Below, piece by piece: positions 30,615-40,538 of a DNA stretch of 64,000 bases (position 1 is the first letter of the stretch; each line of letters opens with the position of its first letter). This stretch comes from a plasmid, in the sequence record NZ_CP054002.1. The stretch is one strand, 5' to 3'. The translations under genes and the position numbers were made by a program. The notes beneath the pieces are model-generated. The model was not told the origin of the DNA. It did not search any database and saw only the letters and a program-made list of their open reading frames with translations.

Positions 30615-30637
30615 TTCAGTTTAAAAAAAGGTTCGTT
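30615..30637. repeat. inversion crossover site R (reverse complement of site L)
   Basis: TTCAGTTTAAAAAAAGGTTCGTT, 1 bp from tra block start codon. Confidence 0.75.
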
Positions 30638-30711
30638 ATATTGAATGCAAAATTCAAATAAATATTTAAAACAGCAAAAATTTTGTGGTTAAATATTGTA
30701 ATTTTTATGTT

Positions 30712-30910
30712 TTCTCCCATAATTCAGGCTGAACACATTTCCAACCAGCGGCAGCTAAATAGTCCCGGATTCGTTCTTCAGGAACTTTGCCCCCTTTTGA
30801 AAGGTCGCTTTATCATATTTCGCCTGAATAGGTGAACGTAGGGAATTTACATACCACTTTCTTTGTTTAATAAGCTCGCGGAAAGAATCTTCCAAAGTCA
30901 GTTTATCCAT
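30712..30910 (-). CDS. small hypothetical protein (~66 aa if one frameshift in a G5 run is corrected)
   Basis: MDKLTLEDSFRELIKQRKWY...; alternative frame continues ...PEERIRDYLAAAGWKCVQPELWEKT. Confidence 0.3.
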
Positions 30911-30934
30911 TTCTTTAATATTAAAAAATGTATA

Positions 30935-31060
30935 TATAGTTTAATGTATCAAAAAATCGAATGTTATATAACTTATATATGTTATATATATTGTATATGT
31001 TATATATCTTTGTTGGGCGATTAATTCATGCAAAGATATAGATTATTAATTTAAAACATA
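30935..31060. promoter_or_regulatory. AT-rich divergent intergenic region with TATATGTTATATA-type direct repeats
   Basis: Three or more ATATGTTATATA repeats between divergent genes. Confidence 0.4.
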
Positions 31061-31061
31061 A

Positions 31062-31334
31062 ATGATTATGGGAACAACAATCTCAAACACCCAAATTGAT
31101 AAGAGAAAGAAACTGTTGGATCTGCCGGAAGACGTTATAACTGTGCTATCCGTACAAGCAGCTAAGGAAGGGAAATCAGCTAAAGCCTTTATGGAAGGCT
31201 TATTGATCTCCGCTGCTAATGATTTAGAAGATATAACAACTTATACGTTTCTTTCCAAGAATCAACCTGAAGGGCATGTCATGGTTAGTGAAGCCGAACA
31301 AAAAGCCTTTGAACAGAAATATGGTTTATCATGA
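31062..31334 (+). CDS. antitoxin of RelE/ParE-type toxin-antitoxin pair (90 aa)
   Basis: ATGA overlap with downstream toxin gene. Confidence 0.5.
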   Translation: MIMGTTISNTQIDKRKKLLDLPEDVITVLSVQAAKEGKSAKAFMEGLLISAANDLEDITTYTFLSKNQPEGHVMVSEAEQKAFEQKYGLS

Positions 31335-31627
31335 ATGTAGAATATTCAAAGCCATTTTTAAAGGCAGTAGATAAATTATCAGGGAAAGTTCTGTCTTCTG
31401 TCCTTGATATGATCCGGGAAGTGAAGAATGCTAATGGTATTGATGAAATTACTAATTGCAAGAAACTCATTGCCTATAAATCAGTATATCGGATTCGTAT
31501 AGGAGATTATAGAGCATTCTTTATTTTCCACGTTAAGATTGTAGATGATACAGTTAAATTTGAATATCTAGTATCAAGAGGGAAGCATACGATAAAAAGT
31601 ACAGTCAGAGTTACGGAAAAAGGATAA
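31331..31627 (+). CDS. RelE/ParE-family toxin (98 aa)
   Basis: YRIRIGDYRAFFIFHV...VSRGKHTI motif. Confidence 0.65.
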   Translation: MNVEYSKPFLKAVDKLSGKVLSSVLDMIREVKNANGIDEITNCKKLIAYKSVYRIRIGDYRAFFIFHVKIVDDTVKFEYLVSRGKHTIKSTVRVTEKG

Positions 31628-32832
31628 ATGATAATTTATTATGGAAAAGAATTAAGCCGGGTTCCACGCCTATTAAGTGAAAGTTACAATTCTGGGCTAA
31701 TTGAGCGCTTATATGATTCTGGCGGTAGTGTAATGCTAGATATTATAATTTACCTTTGTGGGAATCATATTAGAGATCTATTTGGTGAATCATGGTTCTC
31801 AATAGAGGATTTTTGTAATAAAATGGGTTATAATCGGACAAATCTTCAAAGAAAACTATCTAAGGAACAGCTGAAGGATCTTTTGGAAAACGCTCACCTC
31901 ATTATATCTGTAAGGATATAAACGGGGAGGAAATAAGCCACCCCATAGAAACCGTTTTTGAAGCCGCCCTTTATAAACTTGGCTTAGAAAATATGTCTTA
32001 TCCTGTTTCTACAAGCGAAGGCACTTCATATATATTTATTCAGATCCTTACCAAATTTGAAATCCGGACAAATTTTAAAACCAAGAAAGGAACGAAAAGA
32101 TTATATAGTGCTACTCTGAATAATCTGATAAAGGATTCTGTTTATACTCTCTATAATCTAATTGAAAGTCAGGATTATAGAGAGTTACCTTCCAAATATC
32201 GATATTTCTATTTGGAACTATCGAAAATGATATATCTTATTAAGTATAAAATCAAAACAGGAGATGCACCTAGTTACAGATTAACCGTTGATCAGTTGGC
32301 TAAGTTGTTCAACCTCAATTTTGAAGAGAATAAGGAAAGGAAAAGAAATGTAACAAAAGTTTTGAAGGGGATAAATGAACACTTGAGATTTACCAACTTT
32401 CAATTTAAGTACGTTAAAGGTGCTAATGATAAATGGGCATATACGGTAGATTTTGAATTTTCTCAAGAAACGCTTGATTATTTTGATGAACGCTATACCG
32501 CTATGTTTACTCAAAGATTCTATAGTGATCTGTTATGGAGATACGCTGGTTTAGCTTTTCCTAATTGTGCGGTAGGCAGAGATCGGGTTAACAAAGTTGA
32601 AGATATAAAATCTGATCGAAACTTGTATGAAGATTATTTGGCATGGGCTAATTCTCCACAAAACAAAGCACTGAAAGAGGAAGTATATAGGGAAAATTTC
32701 TTTCGGGTATTTGGAAAAACCCCTGAAGAGTTTGGATTAACTAGTAATGCCCCGACTGTGACACGTGAGCCAAAGGAATTTATAGTTAAAAATCCACCTA
32801 CTGTGACACCTGAACCGGAAAAGATTATCTAG
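31628..32832 (+). CDS. putative replication initiator (Rep-like), with apparent frameshift near 31900 joining ORFs 31628..31921 and 31993..32832
   Basis: Frame of second ORF is open back to 31921; iteron array directly downstream. Confidence 0.4.
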
Positions 32833-33140
32833 CTGTGTAAAACACTACACTTTTCAATTCTGTTAACATTTCCAGCTGTGTAAAACACTACACTTTTAGG
32901 TTTCCAGCTGTGTAGAATGCTACACTTTTGGGTTTCCAGCTGTGTAAAATACTACACTTTTAGGTTTCCAGCTGTGTAGAATGCTACACTTTTGAAAATT
33001 TAGCTGTGTAAACACTACACTTTTGAATTTAGCTGTGTAAAATACTACACCATATTAAAGATATCGCAAAAAAATAAAGTGTTGATTTTTAGATAATTAA
33101 TGAAAAGTGATTTTTTCCAGCTGTGTAAAAGGCTACACCA
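32830..33140. repeat. iteron array: about 8 direct repeats of CAGCTGTGTAAAA(C/T)ACTACACTTTT at 24-30 bp spacing
   Basis: Read directly; candidate vegetative origin. Confidence 0.65.
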
Positions 33141-33479
33141 TATTTCTTAATATAACCTAAAAACCTAAACCCCCTATAATCCCCAAAGGGGACAGAAGAA
33201 ATGACCGGAAAAATGATATTTTTCCTTCAGCTTATATCATCATACTTTCGGAAAAATACTATCGGGCATGACAAATTGTCATATTTTGAGGAAAGTAATA
33301 ATTCTCCAATCTCCTTTAATCAGAGGTGAGAAAGAGAAACAACAGCTGTTTTACTTTTGGTATACGTTAAGTAAAATGTTTTTTTGGCATGTATCAAGAA
33401 AAAACACATTTTACTTTATTGTTTTACTAAATTATTTTACTACCTTTACAAAAAGTAAAATGATAAAAGCATAATAGAT

Positions 33480-33683
33480 ATGACTGATGATGATATTAAA
33501 GATTTGAAGAAAGATTTACTTCAGTTGTTTATGAAGTACAATGTTTCCATAGGCTTCACTTGTGCAGACTGTAGTGATACATATGGATTATATGATGATC
33601 ATATAGTTATACAGGATAATAATAGTAGGGAAAATGTACTAGAAACTGATGGATGGTGGTTAAATATAAGCCATTTGCGATAA
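33480..33683 (+). CDS. hypothetical small protein (67 aa)
   Basis: ORF only. Confidence 0.2.
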   Translation: MTDDDIKDLKKDLLQLFMKYNVSIGFTCADCSDTYGLYDDHIVIQDNNSRENVLETDGWWLNISHLR

Positions 33684-34003
33684 TTTCAAATAATAAGAAA
33701 GGAGTAATAATATGGCAATTGATACAGAAAGGATATTTCTTTTAGCAACTAAAAAAAGCCAGCGAGTGGAAATCTGACCTATTGTATAGGTGTGCATCGA
33801 TTAGGAACTCCAAACATGGAGTACATTCTAGGAGAAACAGACAATGACCGTGAATATAGGCAAGGTGATGAAGTTTCATATATTTATCATGCGGAATATG
33901 CCTATACGTTGCAGGAGGCTCTAGATTGGCTAAATAATGTAAATTAGTATAAAATGAAATCCTCAATAAATGTTTAATGAAGAATTAAAATCCTCGTATT
34001 ATA

Positions 34004-34590
34004 ATGAAGATAGGATATGCACGTGTATCGACTCCGGATCAGAATCCAGCTTTGCAATTGGAAGCATTAGAAAAGGCTGGTTGTGAGAAAATTTATCAAG
34101 AAAAAAAATCAGCGTTTAAAGAACGTCCTGAATTAATCCGGGCATTAGAAGATCTTAGAACTGGGGATATCTTATATGTCTGGTCGTTGGATCGTTTAGG
34201 CAGATCCATGAAGGAAATCCGGACGAATGTAGATCTAATAATGAATAAGGGAGCGCATCTTGTCGATGTAACGCATAATATCGATACGTCCACTCCTTCC
34301 GGGAAACTTTTGATCCCGATATTTTCAATGTTGGCAGAAATCGATCAGGTTTTACGTACAGAAAGAACGGTTGCAGGTTGGGAAGTCGCAAAACGTGAGG
34401 GAAGAACAGGAGGAAGAAAGCCCGGCTTAAATGATTTAGCGAAAAAGAAAGCCGAGCAGGCAAAGAAAATGTATCTGTCAAAAGATCCCTTCTATTCAGC
34501 AAAGAGATCGCTTCAATTCTCAATATCTCCACGAGAACTTTGTATAAATATTTGCGTTCTGTTGGGGTTGAACCAAAACAAAACCAGTAA
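34004..34590 (+). CDS. second small serine recombinase (resolvase/invertase family); C-terminal HTH reached only after a frame correction near 34480
   Basis: MKIGYARVSTPDQ; alternative frame gives KEIASILNISTRTLYKYLRSVGVEPKQNQ*. Confidence 0.65.
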
Positions 34591-34628
34591 CCGGTTATCT
34601 CTTAATGGAAAGTAAGGTAGGAAATCCC

Positions 34629-34853
34629 CTACCCTATTTCCATTTTAACTTGTTGCAAAGCCCCTTTGAGTTCTTTCATTGTGTCCCTTTTGTGCTTCTT
34701 GCATTCTTCCGGCTGAATGATTTGGAACTGTTCATCTTGGTAGTTGACCGCACCGCAAATCTTTCCGTCATGGTCGCAAATGGTATCATAACCGCCAAGT
34801 GTTTCACTTAGCCATAGCATACCGCAAGAGCATTGCACTTTTATTATTCCCAT
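34629..34853 (-). CDS. small Cys-rich hypothetical protein (74 aa)
   Basis: ORF only. Confidence 0.3.
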   Translation of the reverse strand: MGIIKVQCSCGMLWLSETLGGYDTICDHDGKICGAVNYQDEQFQIIQPEECKKHKRDTMKELKGALQQVKMEIG

Positions 34854-34907
34854 ATATATATTTTTAGTTGATTATTTACATGTCTTCTATTGTCAATGAT
34901 TTACTAA

Positions 34908-35440
34908 TTAATATGATAAGGAAAGGTAAAACAACCTTTCCTTATGGCTATTTTTTCCTAAAGTACCGTTTATGAATTTGCGTTTATAGCTTGCTATTTC
35001 TTTCTTATTTTCTTCCAAAAATGCTTCAAGCAGATTTCCTAGCATTTGCATCATTGGAACTTTTGACATTGTAGATAGTATTTTAAGTTCTTGATGGAAC
35101 TCTCTAGGTATCTTTATCGTTTCCGTGTCTATTATCTCTCTTTTAGCGAAAAGCAAAGAAAGACCTTTAGGAAAAGATGATTCGGGAAATTCTGAAGGTT
35201 CTTCTGTCATATTCTCATTTTCCTGAATGATTTCTTCTTCTTGTACTGGAGCAACAACTTTAGCTGGTTCTGTGGTGCTGGCTGCTGGTTGTACTTCCGG
35301 AATTTTCTCTTCTGAAGTCTGTTGTGATGAAACAGATTTTATACTTTGAACTTTCTTAGCTTCTTCTTTACCAGCCTGTACCAATGCGAACATTGATGTT
35401 TTGGGTTTTCCTGTATTTTCTTTTCTTCAGCCATAATTTC
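34908..35440 (-). CDS. TraB-like / DUF3408-like protein (tentative), possible N-terminal frameshift
   Basis: Position downstream of ParA-like traA; low-complexity acidic N-terminus. Confidence 0.3.
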
Positions 35441-36134
35441 ATTTTTTAACGTAATTGATTAATAATTGTATCATTTCTTCTCCGAAATCATCACAGGTGT
35501 GATTATAGTTGTTTATTATCGTAGAAAGGTTTCTTTGGTAATTAACTTTGCTTTCCTTGATATGATTGTTCAGTAGCTCGAAAGGTAAATTGTCTTTGTT
35601 TGCTATAAGCTCTTTATATTCAAGCAAATTAGGTGTTACCTTGTTAGGCAATCCTTTTACTATTGTTTTGTAACCTAGACTTTCTCGTTTAGATAAGATA
35701 TTTTCCTTGTAGTAATTGTAGAACTTTACAGTGTGCAATACTTCGATTTTTGAAGGAGCAAAAGGTATAATGACCACATCCATCATCATTAGGGTTTCTA
35801 CTACTCCTGCCTGTTTCAAGTTTCCCGGAAAGTCAACCACTATTATATCGAAACTTTCTTTGAGAAATTCTATGCTGTTAATGAAGTCTGATGAAGATAT
35901 ACTCATTACTTCATACTCGTCTTTTATATCCTCTTCCTGTTGTGCTTCATCGAAAGCTCTTAACTCCCCCATTGTATTTTGCGCATCGTCTATATCGACA
36001 ACGCCAATGGTTAAACCTGTCTGCTCGTGGCTCTCATGTACATATCCTGCGAACAAGGCTGTTAATGTTGATTTACCTGTTCCACCTTTTGGGTTCTCGA
36101 ATGCTACGAATATACCCGGTAATATTTTTCCCAT
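35439..36134 (-). CDS. ParA-family ATPase (TraA-like partition/transfer protein, 231 aa)
   Basis: Walker A KGGTGKST. Confidence 0.8.
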   Translation of the reverse strand: MGKILPGIFVAFENPKGGTGKSTLTALFAGYVHESHEQTGLTIGVVDIDDAQNTMGELRAFDEAQQEEDIKDEYEVMSISSSDFINSIEFLKESFDIIVVDFPGNLKQAGVVETLMMMDVVIIPFAPSKIEVLHTVKFYNYYKENILSKRESLGYKTIVKGLPNKVTPNLLEYKELIANKDNLPFELLNNHIKESKVNYQRNLSTIINNYNHTCDDFGEEMIQLLINYVKK

Positions 36135-36149
36135 AACGTTACGAGTTTA

Positions 36150-36375
36150 AATTTTTCGCAATATATGAATTAATAATCTAACTAACAAATTAATCAGCTT
36201 GTTTAACAAATAATTAACCAATAATCTTATTACATAACCATTTAATAAACTAATTAGTTAATTAAATGGTTAATTATACAATTAATAGATTAGTTATCTA
36301 GTTAATAAGTTATTTGATTTATTTATTAATTAGTTAATTAGTTTATGGATTAATTAGTTTTCTGATAAACTAGCT
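36150..36375. repeat. AT-rich array of TTAATTAG / TAACTAATT-type short direct and inverted repeats upstream of ParA gene
   Basis: Read directly; candidate centromere-like or oriT-flanking site. Confidence 0.45.
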
Positions 36376-36532
36376 AACTAGTTGTTTTTTTGTTGCCGTG
36401 CTTTCAGTTCTTCCTTTTGTTAAGTTATCTGGTTACTTGGTTAATTAGGGAATCAGTTCTTTGGGTTGATTTTTCCGAAAGTATAGATCTTAAAGTTTTG
36501 GTGCTTTATAATTTTTATCTATCTTTGTATAT

Positions 36533-36567
36533 GCAAGGTGTGGTTTGTAGCTACAAAACCCACCTTG
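36533..36567. promoter_or_regulatory. near-perfect inverted repeat (GCAAGGTGTGGTTTGTAGC/GCTACAAAACCCACCTTGC), candidate oriT hairpin upstream of mobC-like gene
   Basis: Adjacent TATCTTTG -7-like box at ~36520; ~70 bp upstream of relaxosome genes. Confidence 0.4.
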
Positions 36568-36635
36568 CGACAGCCGAGCTGACGAGTGATGTTCGTTTCA
36601 CTCACATACATTAGAATAGAGAATAGGAATATAGA

Positions 36636-36943
36636 ATGAAAGAGAATAGAACTAAAGTTATTCGGGCACGTCTTTCTGAAGAAGAAAAGGAACAGGTTTT
36701 CAGACGAGCTAAAGCTGAAGGTGTAACACTTTCTATGTATTTAAGAAAATCTGTTTTAGGGGAAAGGATAACTTCAAAAGCGGATATTCAAACCGTCTTT
36801 GAACTGAAAAAAATAGGTACTAATTGAATCAACTTGCAAAGCATGTTAACTCTTTACCTGTTGATGAAAATATTCGTCTTTCATTGGAAAGTATAGAGAT
36901 GTACATTAAAGAGTTGAAGCAAATAACAGATAAACTAATATGA
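36636..36943 (+). CDS. MobC-family relaxosome accessory protein (RHH); one-base frameshift at ~36826
   Basis: RARLSEEEKEQV...; alternative frame continues LNQLAKHVNSLP... (MobC motif). Confidence 0.55.
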
Positions 36944-38356
36944 TAGCGGAGATACAAGACCCGTTTGTAGGAGAAGCATTAAACCGTAAAATCGATTATC
37001 AGTTAAAGAAGATTGAAAGCGGTGTAGCTAGGGAATTATATAATTCTTCTGGTGATTCTCTTATTAATATGTATCGTAATATGTCCCTTGTTGCTGGTCT
37101 GAATGATCGTGTGAAATCACCATATATAGAATTTATTCTTAGCAGCCCGATAGGGGAGGATCTTCCGGACGAAAAGTTTTCTGAAGTAGCGAAAGAATAT
37201 TTGGAAAGAATGGATACGGTGATTCTTGCTACACCATCATAAAGAACGATGATAAGGACCACCGACATGTACATATACTTGCCACTACGATAGACTTAAA
37301 CGGCTTGTGGATCTCTGATAGTTACAGCAAGGACGTTCTGGAAAGATCATGCGAGAGCTAGAGCTTAAACATGGGCTTGAAGTTATGGAGAAAGGAAAGT
37401 CTTCCCGGAACAAGACGTTGGGAGAATCCCAGTACCGGCAATATTTCTTTGACACAGCTTTGCACAAGGCTTTGCGCAGCCATAATGCAAAAGAACGGGT
37501 GAAGGATCTTCTAGGGCAGTCGGAAACCTTTAAAACGATTAATCCTGATATGACTAAGGCTTATACTAATGCGGAATGGAAAATCATATTGGGGGAAGAT
37601 ACATACGAAAATATGTTAGATATGTTATCAAAAGGAAAGTTCTTTAATCCATTACTCAAGGACGAGTTACTTTCCGTCATGGATCGTTTGCGTCAGGAAT
37701 GCGGCAACATGAAAGAGTTCCGGGATCGATTGGAAAAAGAAGGGTATTATATGCGTCTGGTATCGGACAAGGGGAAATCTCATTATGTATATGGCATTCC
37801 TGATAGGGGCTTTTATCTGAAAGATACAGCCCTTCCGGAATCGTACCGGTTTGGGAAACTTTTGTTCGCCGGAAAACAAATGACCGCAGACGAGCAAAAG
37901 CATTATCTGTATAACCAGATCTTTGCAGTTCTTAATGGTTCATCCAGCTATGAAGATTTTAAAGACCGGCTAGCGGAGCATAATATAAATCTGATCGAGC
38001 ACGTCAACGGTAAAGGGATATACGGCATATCCTTTGCCCTTACAAATGTCGATACTCCGGAAATCTTTAAAAGCTCTGATGTATCAAGGAGATTAACCTA
38101 TCAGAACATACAAGACTTCTTCCAAAAAGAGCAGAATCCGGAACAGGGAAAAGAACAGGAGAGAGCAACACCCATCGATCCGGTTATCGTGTGTTATGCG
38201 AGTAATCCGCACGAATGGGAGAAGGATCTTATCTATATGTACCCGGTTGCCATGTCAATGGCTTTAGATAACGGATCAGGGAAGCACCGGAAAGGTGATG
38301 AAGATCTTCCGGACAACAAGAAAAAGAAAAAGCGAAATAAAGGATTATCATATTAA
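36940..38356 (+). CDS. MOB relaxase (about 470 aa) with two apparent frameshifts (~37215 and ~37345)
   Basis: N-terminal relaxase-like segment, YTIIKNDDKDHRHVHILATTIDLNG motif III in a third frame, then ORF 37349..38356. Confidence 0.65.
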
Positions 38357-38402
38357 TAACAAAATTGAATAGAAAATGCGCAAAAAAAAGAAGCAAATTA
38401 GT

Positions 38403-38615
38403 ATGGAAGCAAATCGCTTCAAAAACGTAAGCGAATTGATAAAATCGTTTGAGGAGTATTCTGGGTTCAGTATTGATCCGGAAGAGATAGATACTCGTGA
38501 TAAGCTGTTGGATAAAATTTCGGAAATACAGGACTATTTATCTAATGAAGTATCAGATATATGTTCTCAGTATTATTATGAAGCAGGACAATTAATGCCT
38601 GAAGATGAAGATTAA
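38403..38615 (+). CDS. small acidic hypothetical protein (copy of 595..807)
   Basis: Identical translation. Confidence 0.5.
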   Translation: MEANRFKNVSELIKSFEEYSGFSIDPEEIDTRDKLLDKISEIQDYLSNEVSDICSQYYYEAGQLMPEDED

Positions 38616-38632
38616 CGTATAACGAATCGGAA

Positions 38633-38893
38633 ATGAACGATATACTATTCAAAAAAATAAAAAGAGCAAACAGTAAATATGCTGAATACTTATCAGCTTG
38701 CGATAAAGTAGCTAAAGCAGCCCAAAAGCATATAAACTGGAACGATAGCGTAGGTTGTGCCTATATGCCGGGTGACGGTCTTTGCATAGAGATTGAAGCC
38801 CATGTTTGCCCAGCTACAAGATTTTTTGAGCTACCTGATATTATCGGTAATGATATGATTGATGAATACACATATCGAACCAATTGCATTTAA
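38633..38893 (+). CDS. hypothetical protein (copy of 825..1085)
   Basis: Identical translation. Confidence 0.45.
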   Translation: MNDILFKKIKRANSKYAEYLSACDKVAKAAQKHINWNDSVGCAYMPGDGLCIEIEAHVCPATRFFELPDIIGNDMIDEYTYRTNCI

Positions 38894-38910
38894 TTTAAAA
38901 CAAGTTAATC

Positions 38911-39882
38911 ATGAACTACAGCGAAGTTTTAAATCCATACCAGCCGTTAGAAACCGGCGATTTCATGTACCGGTATTATATTAATGACCGGGAGTATATA
39001 ATTTATTCACCGGAACGAAACAAGATATCCTGTTTGGAGTTGTTCGATTTCAAAGATCTTAGCGCTTTTCAATTATCTATATCCATCCAAGCGAAAGTAC
39101 AGGTGCAATCGGAAAGCGAGGAATTGAAGGAGTTTAGTTTTGATCACGTATGTAGCAAAGAAGATCTGATAGCTTATCTCTTTGATATTACTGAAGGAAA
39201 AACGGAGATCCGGAAGGTGAGAAAGGTTTCAAATAACGAGGGCTATTTCCTTTTTGAACTGAAGAGTGCGCATAAGATCCGGAACTTTTACCAGTTCAAC
39301 CCGGAAAGTAAAGAGTATCAGCTCGTGTTTGACAATGATATTTGCTGTGCAGCGATATATGAAGATGTAACTTCTGATGTCGTAAACGTGTGCTGGAATC
39401 CTGCTATCTTTAGTATATTAGAAGGACAGACAGAGCAGCAGAATACTTCTTATCTTCTGCCTTCTTCTAATCCTATCCTTTGTGCGCATGTCTGCAAGAA
39501 AGCGCAGGAGAGAAACGCTAGGATCAATCTGTACGTAGGCAAAAACGGCATAGAAGCTCTTTTGTTCTTTTCTTACTATATAGCTTCTAAAGGAATTGAG
39601 AAAAGCATTTCTATTTTTTCCGACAGTAAGCAGGTGACTGTAGAAATGGATCGTTGGAATCCTGTTACGGTGGTTAAACTTATGTCTAAGATGCAGAAAA
39701 CGATCAATGATAAGTTAAGGAAACAGTTTGGGGAAGAAGATGAAGTGACCATTTACCGGCTGGAATCCGTAGCGGGGAAATCTTTTCTTGCTTTTCAAAA
39801 CCATCCTCTAGCAATAGATGTGTTCTTTCGGAATATCATCCCGTTATATGGTTTGGAAAATATTGAGTATATAGAAATGTAG
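38911..39882 (+). CDS. hypothetical protein 323 aa (copy of 1103..2074)
   Basis: Identical translation. Confidence 0.55.
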   Translation: MNYSEVLNPYQPLETGDFMYRYYINDREYIIYSPERNKISCLELFDFKDLSAFQLSISIQAKVQVQSESEELKEFSFDHVCSKEDLIAYLFDITEGKTEIRKVRKVSNNEGYFLFELKSAHKIRNFYQFNPESKEYQLVFDNDICCAAIYEDVTSDVVNVCWNPAIFSILEGQTEQQNTSYLLPSSNPILCAHVCKKAQERNARINLYVGKNGIEALLFFSYYIASKGIEKSISIFSDSKQVTVEMDRWNPVTVVKLMSKMQKTINDKLRKQFGEEDEVTIYRLESVAGKSFLAFQNHPLAIDVFFRNIIPLYGLENIEYIEM

Positions 39883-40538
39883 CTTGTTGTTTATCTGATA
39901 AACAAGAAAAAATTATTCTAAATAGGAAACATTTTTATAGGGAAATTGTTATTTTTGTGCAGTCGTAAACCGACCGTGTTTTTACATATTGAAGAAAAAA
40001 AGCGTTTAGCTGATTTCTGTGCAAGCGAAAAGTCCAAAAATTGCATTATACACAGAGAAACAGATAAATGCTCCCCGTGATATGCGGGGGTATCTCCTGT
40101 TTGTGTGTATAGGGCTTGGACTCCCTCGCTTGCGGATAGGCGAATGCCCTTCCGCTTTTTTTATGTTTATTGGCTTGGTGTAGGGCACAAGCGAAAACCT
40201 TATGGCAATGGAAAAGACACAGCGAAAACAGTCCCTAAACTGCTTGTCAAACACTCCTAAGCTGTTTGACCTAAACGAACTACTAAGCTCGCTCAAGATC
40301 ACACCCGGACAAATGGAGAACATGAAAGGGTTGATATACATCGAAGGGCTGACGGAAAAGCAAGTACGCCAAAGATTAAGCCATGCAAAGATCATCAGAA
40401 CAAATAAATTCGGGGTTAATTCCTGCCTGTATTATATCCTCTTTGAGGATGTAAAGGGGAGATATTTGTGCCTGTTTAACGGTGACAGGGAATGTTTCAG
40501 AGCGTTGTTTTTCAGTATTCACCTGTAAGAAGTTACTA

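Noticed and set aside
32830-33140. CRISPR array
   Set aside because: The repeats are contiguous 24-30 bp units without unique spacers, lie next to a Rep-like gene, and no cas genes are present, so they are iterons instead.
33268-33966. Small ORFs 33268..33474 (+) and 33742..33966 (-)
   Set aside because: They are low-complexity, AT-rich and have no recognisable motifs. Only 33480..33683 is kept, at low confidence.
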